64,000 bases of DNA from Haplodiscus bocki (taxonomy: Eukaryota). A model generated the notes under the pieces. It was given only the letters and a program-made list of their open reading frames with translations, was not told where the DNA came from and ran no database searches. Positions 1 through 14,960 of the stretch are shown here, piece by piece. The stretch covers positions 26,412,001-26,476,000 of the forward strand of contig OZ296651.1 of the NCBI GenBank assembly GCA_965655095.1, written 5' to 3'. The position numbers and the translations under genes are program-made. Position 1 is the stretch's first letter; every line of letters starts with the position of its first letter.

Positions 1-2610
1 TCCAAGGAGAGCGAGGAAAAAGTTGAAGAGTCTAGAAATTGCTGGTTGTGTGACAATCCACTTTATGAAGAAGAAGGAGGGATAAAATAAAACAAAGACA
101 TCATTAACACTTTACAGGAAAACATCATGAATCAGCAAATCCGCATTGTAATTTAAATACAAAACAAAGTTTTTCTTCTTCTGTACCAATAGCTATGCAT
201 AATAAGACTATTTTGGTTCACCTTTGTTTGTCAAAAAGTTAATACGGCGAAAAGTTTCTTCTGTGCCTAATTAAATCAATGCAACAGCTGTTGGAAAACT
301 TAACCCGTTTCTTTTGGACGGTTAGGAGTTTCCGATTTTGTATATTTCATGCTAATGTCTCACGATGTATTTGTTGAAGCACTTGGTAAAGTTGAAGTGA
401 AATGGTTTAAAGATAGATTTGTTACTTCACAAGATTTTAGGCATGTTTTTGTTTGGAAAAACATCCTACGGAAACGATCATTTGAAAATAGAAAGCGAAG
501 AAAAAATCGAAGAGGCTAGAAATTGCTGGTGTTATGACAATCCATTTAAGGCAGAAGAAAAAGGAGTACATTTTCAATGAAAACACCATTGCCACTTTAC
601 AGCCAAAAATCTTGGATCAGCACCTCCATTGTAAATTAAATACAAACAAATTTTTTGTCCAACTAACCAATTGTTTTGCATAATATGAATCTTTATGGTT
701 CACATTTGTTTGTCAGAATTTTAAAACGCTGAAGAGGATCTTTTGTACCTAATAAACTCATTCCAATAACTGATCAAAGGCTCAATCCGTTACTTTCGGA
801 GGTTAGGAGTTTTGATTCTGTAAATTTTTTGCAAATGTCTTACGATATAATTGTTAAAGCACTCGTAAAGGCTAGGTGTCACTTTAGAGCTATCTGAGTC
901 ATTCGCTGATACTACGAAGGTAATTGGAGAAAAGTGGGAGTTATCTACTAGAAACTAGCCCATCGTTATGAGCTTTTCGAAGAACATTCCTCACCCATTG
1001 ACAGACGTCGAAAATGAAGATTGTTTTTCAAAAGTAATAGGAAGGATACCATGTCGAGAAAAAATGCTAGAACCAACAAAATTATACGAGGAATAACCAT
1101 AAAAGCAGGCAAGGAGCTGGTAGTGTTTTATCGTAAATCAGATACAGTTTTATCAGCATACTCCTTACTAAAGCTCAAAAAGATTTTTGAAACCTACGGC
1201 TTAAATACTATATATTGTGTCTTAGTACCTAGGGTAACTCATGAATGTTGTCTATTAAAAAGAAAATAAGAAAAAGAATACATATGCAATGAAAGTTTTT
1301 TTTTCTTAAAACGGAAAACGCGACGGAATCTCAAGTTTGCACGGACTAAGACAATTTGAAAATGACGCAGAATGGGAAAAAAGCATGGCGATGCTATCAA
1401 TTGATCTGGGTTATCACTGACACAGTTTTTAGCATTTGCGGACTTTGAATGTGATGATACAACTTCTTCAGAAACTGTGCTCGAAACAAAAGATGATGCT
1501 AACTTTGGCTGTTTTGTAGAAGTATCTTTGAAATACCAGGATGGCATAAGACAAAGGAACATACTTTTTATATTTTGTCGAATAATGAAAATAGTAGATG
1601 TACCGTCTTTCGAGAAAAAAATTCGTATGCACAAACATTTGGAAAAAAAATTTGTGATTGCACTGACAATGGAGAAAACTTTGACACTTCCTCAAACTGA
1701 AATTCTGGGTGATAATGGGTATGGAAGTTAAACAGCTAGAAAGAAGTATTACGTTTTGACAAAAGCAATGGATGAAAATAAATGTAGGTACACATAGTGA
1801 ACTAAGGCTAAAGCATATAATAAACTTAGAAGACTTTCATCTAATGTCGTGAAAACTAATTTAGATGGAAAAATATTGAAGGACATGAGAAAGAGAAAAA
1901 GAAAATTCTTTGTAACTGTTTATGGAAATTGTGTGAACGAGTATTCTCTAGTTAGTTTTTCGGTATGAAAAAAAACGAGGTTAACAGTGTTGAAACTTCG
2001 TTACAGTCGGATCCGATTTAAGAAAATTAATTTTCGACAAAACTAAATAACCTAGGTTCCAAAAGTTTAGTTTTATCAAAATGGCAAATGTGTGAAAGTT
2101 ACTGTGAAGTTCAGCAACCCTATGACGGGGAAGATAACTTAAATTCACATTGTATGGGCATTGATTCAAACATTCAAAGTCTTTTACGTAAATCAGCATC
2201 AACAGCTTGATATATGAGAACTATACAAAAAAAGGTTTTACGCGCTATACAAAATAAAGAATTATACTGAAATGTTTCCTGATTTTTTGAGAACAGATGA
2301 GTTAAATTTAGTAAACAAAATCCTGACATATTATCAGAAGACGAACCTTGTGCCTTCGAAGCAAAACAATTATACAGAAAAGCGAAATGAAAAAAGGTAA
2401 GATAAAGGGTCGGAAGTTTTAAAGGTACACTAAAAGGCTCAAGATTTGATAATGTATTGACTGTCCATTTCCTAAACTTACAGAAGAACAATTTTTATAC
2501 CAACTTTCTTATTAGGTATGACAGACATATTGCAAGATCACCAGAAACTAGGAAAAAAATTATGTCAATTTGATGATTACGAAAGTATGTTATTGCAATT
2601 GGAGGCGAAC
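1..2610 (+). pseudogene. polB: pPolB (protein-primed family B DNA polymerase) copy A, 5'-truncated by window edge
   Basis: Motifs in order across frameshifts: CWLCD..H.FTGK..CNL; VPIAMHN..GSHLF (ExoII-like); FDS..F.QMS; FYRKSDTVLSAY (ExoIII); YGLNTIYC..P; GCFVEVSLKY; TNLDGKILKDMRKR (motif B-like); FDKT..LG..L.LSK; CMGIDS (YxDTDS-like, ~2151-2170). Confidence 0.85.
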
Positions 2611-2619
2611 GGTAGAAAA

Positions 2620-5600
2620 AACGAAAAAGTTATTCGCAATTGGTGTAAGACTAAAGTAAGAGTTGTAGGAAAACATAACAATACATCAAAGCAAAGCATA
2701 TCAACAAATAACTGAAAATCAAACGCTAATAATAAATCTTTTTTAGTTATACACCAACAACAATACAAACTACATCAAATCTGCAAATAAAACCCATGAA
2801 TCATCGAATCAAATCGTGACAAAGTCGGAAACTAAAGCGATATCAACTTGCTCCTTTAAGTGTAAATTCCTCGAAAAAAGAGTTTTTTCAAAATTGAACA
2901 ATCCCCTTTTTGCTCCTCTAATCGAAAATGCAAAACAACAAAAAAAATCCTCCTCGCCCGCTTTACCTCTGTTGAAGCAAAAACCCATTTCATCCGACAA
3001 ATTTTTTTTGAAACTGAAAAAAAAATAATCGGGAAAAAACTGAACAACCTGTTCTATAGAAATTGGACAACCTAGCTTTAGATTTCAGCTAGCTTCTCAA
3101 TTTTTTTAAAAGGAAACCTCTGATGCTCTTTCTGATAAATTGTTGTTGTGGATGATGTCTTTTTCAGTCGAAAATAAAATTATCAAATTCATCGAAAGAC
3201 ACATGCGACAACTACTGAATCAGAACAAACTCAAGATGTTGAAAGCTTGGAAGTAAGAAAATCAGGTTGGGTGCTAATTAGAATATTCAGCATGAGTGTT
3301 AGTCTCTACAAACATGGGACCAGAGAATGTAGAAGTTATTTTTATATTCAATTTTGAGCAATCAAAATAAAAACCAAATTTTATGTGGAAATTGGAGTTT
3401 TCTAAAGCATTTATCCCCTACAAAAAACTCAATGTTGATCAAAAGTTGTTAAAATTTTCTAAAACAGTAAAAACAACTGCTTCATAAATGGAAAATGAAT
3501 CAGTGGTTAGAAACATCCTCAAACTAGAGAACTTATTTAATTGAACACTACGAATTTTTGAATTAGTTGGAAAACCAACCTGTCCGACTGTGTTCTGACT
3601 TTGCATTTTACGCAAAAAGTACCGAAACATAAGACAAGAGGCGATAGTATTTGAATTATTTGTTTGTCAAAACCATTATTGTTTTGATAAAGGAATTACA
3701 AACTTACATAGGACATAGTCATTGAAAACTTTTTTCTACTCTTCAAGTACTAAATCAACTGATAAGAAACAAAAGTGACCATAGACTTCATTTAGAACTT
3801 GAACCGTAAAATATAAAGTTTCCAAAGGAAACAGACTTCAGATTTTGAAAAAGGTCAATGAAAAAACCTTTGTGATTCCTTTGGATTGCAAGTCCATTCA
3901 GTTTGAAGCAATGAGTAAAAAATGTTTTTTCAAAAACAAGAAGAACAAAAAAAGATTTACGAAAACTTCACTGAGAGCATTTTTTTGTACAAGACGGGTG
4001 AATTCAGTGAAGTATCTTTTCTTGAGAGCTTCAATAAAACTGTGTGAAGGTTTTTAAGATAGATTTGTTACCTTCACATGTTTATAAGCCTAATTCTGTT
4101 CTGAAAATGAAAAAAGAACCCTGCGGAAGTGATCATTTGCAAGGAGAGCGAGGAAAAAAATGAAGAATCTAGAAATTGCTGGTTTTGTGACAATCCATTT
4201 TATGCAGAAGGAGGCGGGATATATTTAAAAAGAAGACATCATTGCCACTTTACAGGAAAATATCATGAATAGCAAAAACTCATTGTAATTTTTATACAAA
4301 ACAATATTTTTCTGCATCTGTACCAATAGCTATGCATAATATGACTAGTATGGTTCACTTTTGTTTGTCAAAAAGTTACTACGGCGAAAAGTTTCTTCTG
4401 TGCCTGATAAAATCAATGCAACAGCTGATGGAAAACTTATCCCGTTTCTTTTGGACGGTTAGGAGTTTCTGATTTTGTATATTTCATGCTAATGTCTCAC
4501 GATATATTTCTTGAAGCACTTGGTAAAGTTGAAGTGAAATGGTTCAAAGATAGATTTGTTACTTCACAAGATTTTAGGCATGTTTTTGTTTGGAAAAACA
4601 TCCTACGGAAACGATCATTTGAAAAAAGAAAGCGAAGAAAAAATCGAAGAGGCTAGAAATTGTTGGTTGTGTGACTATCCAATTAATGCAGAAGAAGATA
4701 GATATACTATAAAGGAGGATATCATTGCCACTCTACAGGAAAATATCAAGGATCAGCAAATAATTGTTGCAAATTGAAAACAAAAACAGAATTTTTGTTC
4801 ATCTGTACCAGTAGCTATGCATAATATGACTATATATTGTTCATATTTGTTTGTCAAAAGTTTACTATTCCGACAACATTCTTCTGTGCCTAATAAAATC
4901 AATCAAAGAACTGTTGAAACATTTAACCCGTTACTTTCGGACGGATGGTGTTTTTGATTCTGTATATTTTATGCAAATGTCTTACGATATATTTGTTAGA
5001 GCACTTGGTAAAGACAAAGTGTCACTTTGGAACTATGTCAGTCACTCATTTATATTACGTAAGTAATTGCAGAAAAGTGGGAGTTATCTACTAGCCTAAC
5101 GTTTTGAGCCTTTCGAAGAAAAGTCCTTAACCATTGACAGACGTCGAAAACTAGGAATGCTTTTCAAATGTGATAGGAGGAATACCAAGTCTAGAAGAAA
5201 TTGGGAGTACCAACAAAACTATACGAGTTTTAAACATGAACACGGGAAGGAGCCTACAATGCTTTATTGTAAATCAGATACAGTTTTATCAACATACTCC
5301 CTACTAAAAACTCAAAATGACTTTTGAAACCTACGGTTTAATTATTATATTTTTTGACTTATTAGCTAGGGTAACTCATGAACGTTGTTTTTTGAAAAGC
5401 AAACAAGAATAAGAGATTTTCGCGATCAAAGTTATAATCTTTTTCTGGAAACGTATGACGCGACGGAATATCAAGCGTGCACGGTCTAGGACATTTTTAA
5501 AATCGCCGAAGAAATAGAAAAGCAGCATCACGATGCTGGCAATTCATTTGAGTTATCAACGGCAAAGCATTTACCAATTGCGGACGTTGAATTTGATAAA

Positions 5601-6760
5601 AACACTTCCTCAGAAAATGTACTCAAACGAAAAGGTAATGCTGATTTTGGTTGTTTTGTAGAAGTTTAATTGAAATAACCGGATAATATAAGACAAACGA
5701 ACATAGTTTTTTCCGCTTTGTCGAGATTTCAAAAATGTAGATGTACTATATTTCGCAGAGTTTGAAAAAAAAGCTCGAAGTTTTAAACCTGTGGAAAAAC
5801 TAACTTGTGATTGCACTGACAATGGAGATTACTCTGTCATTTTTTCAAACTGAAGTTCTGGGTGACAATGGGTATGGAAGATACACAGCTAGGAATTGCT
5901 ATTAGATTTGAACAAAAACGATGGATGAAAATAGAGGTGGGTAAACATATTGAACTACGGGCTAACGTAGATACTGAAATTAGAAAACTTCAATCTAATG
6001 ACGTGAATACTAATTTTTATGGAAAAATAATGAATAACATGAAAAAAAGTCGTCTTTGTAAGTGTTCATGGGAATTGTTTGATCAAGTATTCTCTATTTT
6101 GTTTTTCGGGATGAAAGACAGGAGGTTAAACGTGATGAACCTTCGTTGTATTGGGATACAATTGATGAAAATGATTTTTGACAGAACCAGCTGAACTAGG
6201 TTTCAAAATTTTAGGTTTTATCCAACTTGCATCTGTATGAAAGTTACTCTGATTTTCAACAACCTTTTTACGGGAAGATACCATAACATTACAATGTATG
6301 GGCATTGACTCTAACATTCACAGCGATATGCGTGAATCAGCATCAGCAGTTTAAGATATGAAAAATTTACCACAAAATATGGTTTTACGCATTTTACAAA
6401 ATACGGAACTGTCGTAAAAAAAGTTCTTGATTTTTGAGAAAGCATTAGTTAAACTTAAGAAAAAAAACCTGACAATTTATCAAGAGACGAACCTTGTGCA
6501 TTCAAAACAAAAGATTATACAAAAACGCGGAACGCAAAGAGGTAAAGGAAGTGGACGGAAGTTTTAAGGGTACACTTAAAGGCTTAAGATTTGATAATGT
6601 ATTGACTCTCCAATTCTTGAACTCACAGAAGAAAAAACTTTATAACAACTTTCATATTAGAAATGACAGACATACAGCAAGATCACCAGAAACTTGAACA
6701 AAATTTATGTCAATTTGATGGTTACGAAGATATATAAATGCAATTGAAGGCAAACTTTAG
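2620..6760 (+). pseudogene. polB: pPolB copy B (full length, decayed, with ~490-bp internal duplication)
   Basis: N-terminal C..KH..T.KH zinc-finger-like stretch, LEV.KSGWVL..I (~3247), NHYC.IK, then the same exo/pol motifs as copy A offset by ~4.14 kb. The CWLCD block occurs twice (~4168 and ~4654). Confidence 0.85.
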
Positions 6761-7739
6761 AAAAAAAGTCTCCTGCTGGATGCTTATGAGTCTTATGTGT
6801 ACAAAAGTCAACAGAAAATGACAGTAAACGCACTCTCTGAGATCTTTAGTCTACCATTAGATCAAAACTTACAAGGAAGCTTGTGAAATCCCCTTTAGAG
6901 AATGTTTTGCCGGTAGAAACATGTCATTTGAAACCTTGTTTTGTTTCTGTAGTGTTGAAGAATTATGAATTTTATTTCCTACGGTAGTGGCCACATAAAA
7001 CAATAACGGGTCAGCCTCACAAAAAAGGAGCGTGATTTTTTTTTCGAGATAAGGCTGGTACTGATAATACTTGCATAAAATTTCGCATTTTTTCGCACTT
7101 TTATGTATTCAATCTTCATCCAATTTCGCCTCCTATAGCATAGTGGTAATGTCATAAGGAAAAGTTAGGGGTTCACTTCAAACCAACGTCCTCCAGTCTT
7201 AGACACTATCGACTGTTTCAGAAGGAACTCTAAGTCAATCAGTTCTGAAGGATGGAACTTCATCAGGAATACTTGCTCAAGATGCTTGAGAGGGTTGAAA
7301 TGATGAGTTAAATAGTGAAGTTTTTTTTCGAAAATTTGAATGAATTGTTATATAGTAAAAGACAGCTACAGCTGAAATTTTTTCGGGTGTTTTTTTTTCA
7401 GATTCATTGAAGCCAAATGAAGTACTATGTTTTTTGATAAATGCAAAAGACATTTTCAAAGATCGGCCTAATATAGGCACATAGAATCGAATATACACTA
7501 AACACTAAACTACTCTATATAGAAAATGAATAAAACATTCATCTTCCTAGTAAATGATTGAGTCCTAAAGGTGTGTATTGTTTTTGCAACAAACCATAAA
7601 AAAACTGAGATGCACAAAAAGTCTAAAACCCAAATAAATCTCGTAAAAAAGTATAATATAAAATCTGCATATCCGTTTTCGACCCCACCAATCTTGGTGA
7701 ACATCATAGATCTTAATTTTGTATGAGCCAGCGGAAAGT

Positions 7740-10700
7740 AATTGGTAACAGATGAAAGACTAAGGTAAGGGATATAGAAAAACATAACAATACAACAAAG
7801 CATATCAACAACACAACTAAAAGTCAAACACCAAAAAATTATACCCATTGTCGTACAAAATACATTAAAAGCTACAAAAACTGCCCATTAATATTACAAA
7901 CAACAACCTAAGAAAGTCGAAAACCAGAGCGGACTCAATTTGTTCTTTCAAATGTAAATTCTTGGAGAGAAAAAATTTTCAAAAATGAACAACCGATCCT
8001 TTGTTTCTCTAATGAAGAATACAAAACAACTATAACATCGTGCTCGTCGGTTTACCTCTGTTGAACAAAAACTGCTACATCCGAGAAAAAAATTCTCGAA
8101 ACTGAAAACAACCAATTACTTAGCAAAACAAGTACAACCTGTTCTACATCAATTGGACAACGTAGCTTCAGATTTCAACTACCTTCTCATGTTTTAATTG
8201 ATAAGGGAATCTACGATGGTAGTCCTGTTAAAGTGCTGTCGTGGATCATGTCTTTTCATAGTCGAAAATAAAGCTAATAAATTCATCAGAAGAATTAGAA
8301 GAGATAAACAATGAATTAGAAAATGCTCAAGCTGCTGAAAACTTGGAAGTAAAGGAATCAGGTTGGGTGTAAATCCGAATTGTTAGCTTGAGTGTTAATC
8401 TCTACAAATATGGGAGCAAAGAGTGTAGAAGGTATGTTGAGATTCAAGCAAAAAATATCAATTTTGAGCAAACAAAACCAAAACCAAAATTGGTGTGGAA
8501 ATTGGAGTTTTCTGAATCATTTACCCCTACAAAAAACTCCAAGTTAAACAAAATTTCGTAAAAATTACTAAAGCAAAAAAAAAACAATTGATTTAAAGAT
8601 AGAAAAAGGAACAGTGTTTATAAACATCCTCAAACTAGACAACTTTTTTAACTTAACACTACACGTTTATCGACTTAGATGGAAAACCAACCTATCCGAC
8701 TGTGTTCTGACGTTGCATTATACACAAAAAGTACGGAAACATAAGAAAAGAGACAATAGTAAGGGAACTAAATTTTTCTCAAACCATTATTGTTTTGACG
8801 AAGGAATTATATACTTATATGGGACCTAGTCCTTGGAAAAATTATTTGAAAGCTATTTAACTACTAGATGAAATGATAATAAACAAAAAAGACCAAAAAC
8901 TTTGCTTAGAAAATGAAACGTGTAAAGTGAATTTTCCAAAAGAAACAGCCTTTAGATTTTGAAGAAAGTCAAAAACAGCCTTTGTTATTACTTGGGATTA
9001 CCAGTCCATTCGGTTTGAAGCAATGAGTTGAAAAGGTATTACTTCAAGAAGAAGATGAACAAAAAAGCATTTACGAAGACTTCACTGAGAGCATTTATTT
9101 GTACATGACGACAGAATTCGTAAAGTATATTTTCTTGAGAGCTTCAATAAAAACTGTTCAGGAGGTTCAGGGTTTCAAGATAGATTTGTTAATTCACAGG
9201 TTGTCAAGCCTGTTTTTGTTTTGAAAATTTAAAAAAAAATCCTATGGAGCTGATCCAATGCAAAGAGAACGTGGAAAAACTTGAGGAGTATAGAAAATGC
9301 TAATTTTTTGACAATCCAATTTATGCGGAAGGAGAACGTACAAAGTATGGAAGGATAAATGTTGGCCACTTTACAGGAAAAATCGTGGATCGATACATAC
9401 TCATTGTTAAATAAATACAATACAAAGTTTATCTTCATCTGTACCAAAAGCTGTTCATAATATGACTATTTATGGTTCACATTTGTTTGTCAAAAGTTTA
9501 ATACGCCAAACAGATTCGTCTGTGCCTAATTAACTCAATCCAAAAGTTGATGAAAGATTTAACCCGTTACTTTCGGACGGTTAGGCGTTTTTGATTCTGT
9601 ATAATTTATGCAATAGTCCTAGGATATTTTTGTTGAAGCACTCGGTAAAGACGAAGTGTCACTTTACAACTGTTTCGGTCAATCGTCAAAATTACTGAAG
9701 TTGTTGGAGAGAAGTGGGAGTTATCTGCTAGAAAACTAGCCTATTACTATGAACCTTTCGAAGAACATTCCATAACCAATGACAGATATCGAAAACGAAA
9801 AATGTTTTTCAACTTTGATTGGAGGGATACACAGTCGAGGAGAAAATACTAGAACAAAATATACGAGGAACAAATATGAAAACAGGCAAGGAGCTGTTAA
9901 TGTTTCTTTGTAAATCAGATACATTCTTATCAGCATACTCTTTATTAAAAGCTCCGAAAGCTATTGAAACCTGCGATTTAATTACTAAATATTGTGTCTT
10001 ATTTCCTAGGTTAACTCATGGATGTTGTTCATTGAAAAACAACCAAGACTTAAAGACTTCCGCAATCGAAATTTTTTTTCTGAAAACGGATTATGCGACG
10101 GTTTATTAAGCATTCACGGTCTAAGACAAATTCTAAATTCGATGCAGAATGGGAAAAGGAACATGGCGATGCTAGCCATTAATTTGGGTTATCAAAGACA
10201 CAGCATTTATTGAATTTAAATATTGAATTCGATAAAACCACTTCTTCAAAAACTGTACTCGAATGAAAAGGTGACGCTGACTATGGTTGTTTTGTAGAAG
10301 TATGTTCGGAACACGTGAATATTATAAGACAGAGGAACATACTTTTCTCCACTTTGTCGAGAATTCAAATTGTAGATGTACCATCTTTCGTGGAGTTTGG
10401 AAAAAAACCGTAACTACAAACCTTTGGAAAAACTAATTTGCCATTGCACACACACACACTGGAGAATACTTTGTCGGTTTCTCAAATTGAATTTGTGGGT
10501 GATACTGGGTCAATGAAGTTACATAGAAAGTGGTTTTAGATTTGAACAAAAACGATAGATGAAAAAAAGGTAGGTAAACAGACTGAATTAAGGGCTGAAG
10601 GAGACGCTGAAATTAGAAGATTTTCATCTAATGACGTGAATACTAATTTATAAGGAAAAAAATTGAAAGACACAAGAAAGAGAAAACGATTAGTCTTCGT

Positions 10701-11400
10701 AAAAGTTTATGTGAATTGTGTGAACGAGTAGTCTCTTCTTAGTTTTTCGGTACAAAGAAAAGGAGGATCACAGTGTTGAACTTTCGTTGTATTCGGATAC
10801 GGTTCAAGACAGGTGGTTTTTGACAAAACTAATCAACTTAGGTTTTAAAGTTTAGATTTATCAAACGTACTTATGTATGTAAGTTACTCTGTTATTCAAC
10901 AACCTCATTACGGAAAGATACCATAAAATGACAGTGTACGAGCATTGATTCTAACATTCACAACTATATGCGTAAATCAGCATTAACAGTTTAAAATTTG
11001 AAAACTGTTCCACAAAAAAATGTTTTACGCTTTCTACAAAATAAGGAATTGTCGTAAAAACTGTTCCTGATTCTTGAGAAAGCATTAATTAAACTTAGGA
11101 AAAAAAATCCTGACAAGTTATCAGGAGACGAACCTTGTGCATTCAAAACAAAAGATTATACAAAAACGCGAATCGAAAAGATGTAAGGGAAGTAGACGGA
11201 ACTATTGGAGGTACACGTAAAGGCTTAAAATTTGATAATGTATTGACTGCCCATTCATTGAACTTACAGAAGAAAAAATATCATAAAAACTTTCCTATCA
11301 GAAATGAGAGACCTACAGCAATATCACCAGAAACCAGGAAAAAAAGTTATGTCAGTATGTTGATTACGAAGATACAAAAATGCAAGTGAAAGCGATGAGT
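7740..11400 (+). pseudogene. polB: pPolB copy C (decayed, single CWxCD block)
   Basis: Nucleotide similarity to copies A/B throughout. Examples: ORF 9819-10109 KSDTFLSAYSLLK matches ORF 1021-1269; ORF 11135-11389 matches ORF 6494-6697. Confidence 0.85.
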
Positions 11401-12699
11401 GGAAAAAAAGGAAAAAAAGGGATCAGCGGAGCCGAATCGCTTCAAAAAAACGTTAATGTTCTCAAGACTGAGGAATACGGTAAACTCCCCAAAAAGAATT
11501 GTGTCACCAGAAAAAAACGATTTGGAGTAGATAGATGAAACTAGGAGTATGGATTTATTGGAGGTGATTGAATAAGAGCCAAAAAACGGAAATAATTGAA
11601 AAAAGTTTAGCAGCAATTGATATTTTTAGTAGAATTGGACTGACAGTTTTATCGGCAAAAATGCACAAACTGTGAGAATTTCACCCGATAAATCTATTAT
11701 TTTATCGAAAAAACTGATTTCTTTTGATACTGACTCTGGAAAATTGTTTTTAGGACCAAAATCATCAATGATTTTTGGAACTGATAAAGGGAGAAAGATA
11801 CAGTTGCTATACATCAAAAAGGGCACTATTTGATGTTTGTTTGAAAAAAAATGGTAGAAACCTGAAAAAAAGCTGTTTTGGAAAAAAAGTAATGCTATTT
11901 GGGTAGATGGAACAAACGCAGTGACAAAAAAATGAATTCATTCCTCATTCAAGTTAACACCAGTCCAGACAGCTTTCACGAAGTGAATAACTCCTTCACA
12001 GAGTCTATTTAGACAAAAGAAAGGGAAAAAGTCTATTTTCATTTTTGGAGTTTTAGTTGAAGCTGCAGACAGCGAAACATATTTTTTGTAAAAGTCATAT
12101 TACAATATGGACTTATGATGGGAACTCACAGAAATTATAACTGAAACAAAACAAAGTTATCTTACAGAAAAACACTCGATGGATGTAATCAAACAGTGCT
12201 AAAGAAATCAAATCAGATACAACGATGAAAGAAAATGATATTATAGCACGACATTTTGGTGGGTGGACAAGCTTTTTAAAATAGTGGGTAAGTACTAACT
12301 TAACTTTACAATTATCATTACCTTTGACGATAAAGTTTGACGTTCGTTTGAACCTAGACTAAGTCGAATTGTCTTTTGTCCATTGCCACTAAGTGGAAAT
12401 TTTTAGTGGTGAAAATGTCAAAAATTAGTTTTAAGAAACAAAACAGCCAAATTACCACCTCCAAGTTTTTCTTTTTCCTCTATTCTCCTTGAAACTCTTG
12501 AATATTTCCTCAATTTCACCCTTTTAATCGTTAAAAATCTTGAAAGCATACAATTTCAAGCATAGTATCAGGAAAATGGAGAGTTTTGGGCAAATACAGT
12601 TGAGAAAAAGGAAAAAGTGAAACGTACAGGTGGTTTCGTAGCTGCTATGGTTGCCCCAACCTTTATCCCACAATACTGATACGAAAAGGTATAACCGAA

Positions 12700-13150
12700 A
12701 CTCGACTCTACTTTCTTTTGAAGCAATAACTTTTTTCAGTCTTGGACAAATGTTAATCCAATTAAAACACTTTCCTTTTTGTTCTTCATCCGAAAGATTT
12801 AAATACAAACATGGAAAGCTATGATCAAAATTTCCGATCACACTATTTTTCTCGAGTTTGATATCTTCAGTAAATCGAGATGGTATTCATTTTTTAGAGA
12901 ATTGATGAGTGCAGCCAAACATGTCACTTGTTTTACTTTTTTGGAACGTTTTGTGAAATAAAATCTTCTTTTGTTCGATTTTATATTTGTAAGCACAACT
13001 TTTCTCACATTAAGTTTTGTTCCACTCCATTTGATTGTCATCCATAGATTCTTCACAATCAATTCTTAAGTTTTGTCCATCAATTCTAAAATTCTAACAG
13101 GAAATATCTTTCTCAAAATTACAAGTAATACTTTCTTTTCTTTCCATATA
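12700..13150 (-). pseudogene. Possible remnant of A32/FtsK-like packaging ATPase C-terminus
   Basis: Only a weak resemblance (DHSFPCLYLNLSDEEQKGKC) to the C-terminal ..YL.ID.....GKY region of Polinton ATPases. Walker A was not seen. Confidence 0.25.
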
Positions 13151-13239
13151 TAATACAAGGTTCTTCTGAATAAATAATAAAAAACGTTAGACCCAAGTTT
13201 TCTTGTTTGACTTTGTAGATGGATTTTTTCGATTTTAAT

Positions 13240-13600
13240 CAAAACATTTGTCAGCTTCTCGATTTAATAATAATTGAGATTCTAAATCACAAAATTTAGA
13301 CTCAATTTCGAAACTATGATTATGAAAACGAAGTACGTTGTGGTTAAAACATATGGAAAAAAATCAACGATCTGAAGTTAACTCAAAAACAAGTAGCGCA
13401 ACAAATCGGAATTTCTGATAGTACAGGTAATTTATACAGAAATGACATAAATATAAAAAGCATATTAAAAAACTAAAGCAAAAGGAACTCTCAAAGATTT
13501 TCTGAAACCCAGTCATATGTGAAAGCTGGGTCTACGAGACATATTCGTTTCGCAAATGCTGTAAATTGTGATAATGAGAATAAACTTCTATCTGGTAAAT
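13240..13600 (+). pseudogene. Helix-turn-helix protein remnant
   Basis: Translation LKLTQKQVAQQIGISDSTGNLYRNDIN at ~13372-13455 is a classic HTH pattern. Confidence 0.6.
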
Positions 13601-14559
13601 TTTTAACTGATTAAGTTTTTTTTAATAACAGATTCACGGAGTTTATAGAAAAATATAGACAGATTTCAAAAACAAAGTGATCTACCACTTTTTGGTAATG
13701 ATTTTTCAAAAGAATCCTTCCAAAATCAATCTCAAAAAAGTGAAACTGCACTTTTACACCAACAATTATTCGAAGAAAGATTAAAAATATTGGGAGAAGC
13801 TGTTAAGGAGACGAATAAAAAATTGAATTTCAAGATAAAACAAAAAAAACTGCTAAAAGAGGAATTTCTCGAGGAGAAACTATAATCAAATTGAGAAAGT
13901 AAACTTAACTGTGAGTTTGGATAAAACAAATAGAGTAATAAAAACTCTAGAAAAAACTCTTAAAAGACACAAACAAATCAACTACGGAAGCAACAGCAAA
14001 AACAAGCAAAGATAAATGTAAACAACTTTTTTTATATCAGTATAAATAATAATTCGTCATACTTATCTTATTGCTGTTCTCTTTTTGTACTTAATTGCTT
14101 TAATTAAATGAGTTATATAAGCCATGATATTTTTTGAGGCAGTGTATTTTATAACAATGTATCTGGAATAGTTGAACTGCAAGATGGGATTTGTGATGGG
14201 GTTAACAAATCACCACATGAATAGTCTGAACAATTGAAAGAAACAAATGGTCATTTAAGTTTTATTGAATGAAACGTGAAAAAATTAAAAAAAACTCAAA
14301 ACAAAAGATATAGAGAAGACATGGAATCATCTCTAAAAGCGTTTGATATGTAATTGAATCAAATTACAATTAGATTACAATAAGTTTATAGATATCTCTG
14401 TTAAAAGTACTGTACAAACACTTTGTAATGTAGGTTTGCCTGACAGATCCGAAAATGAAGATTAATTTTCTAAAGATTATCTTAGCCGAGTTTAGCTTTC
14501 GGAAAGCGAAAATCTCAACCCTACTAGGAAAAATTTCAGTTACTGAATGACATTGATAA

Positions 14560-14960
14560 CAATCACTGAGTTTTTTTCTTTTTTTTAGAAAACAAAGCAA
14601 CATCAAAATATCAAAAAAGTGAAAAGAAGTAGTAAACACTTTGAGATTGAATACAAGTACATAAATGAGAGCTAGCAAATTTACAATGAAAGATAGAATT
14701 GTTAATTCACATCCGACTAGAGGAACATATTGGACTTTATTTTACGGATCAGTATAACTTTGATTCAAACGGTTGTGCAAATCCAAAACTATTAACAAAT
14801 TAAACTGAAAAGGGAAAGAGAAAATGTGTTTCTTCTGAATATAAGATTCAAAAAAGTGAGAGTTATTGTGCAACGTATTGCTTACAAAATTTTGTTTCAC
14901 AAGGAACATAAAATTAGATTTTAAATCATCTGTATTACATTTTTTTTGATAAATAATGAC
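14560..14960 (+). pseudogene. Adenain/Ulp1-like viral maturation cysteine protease remnant
   Basis: IVNSHPTRGTYW (GTHW, catalytic His decayed), NFDSNG (YFDSxG) and KIQKSESYCATYCL (IQ...CxxYC) occur in the expected order. Confidence 0.75.

Noticed and set aside
6770-7730. Insert between pPolB copies B and C as a distinct gene
   Set aside because: No recognisable motif or termini; short ORFs look spurious.
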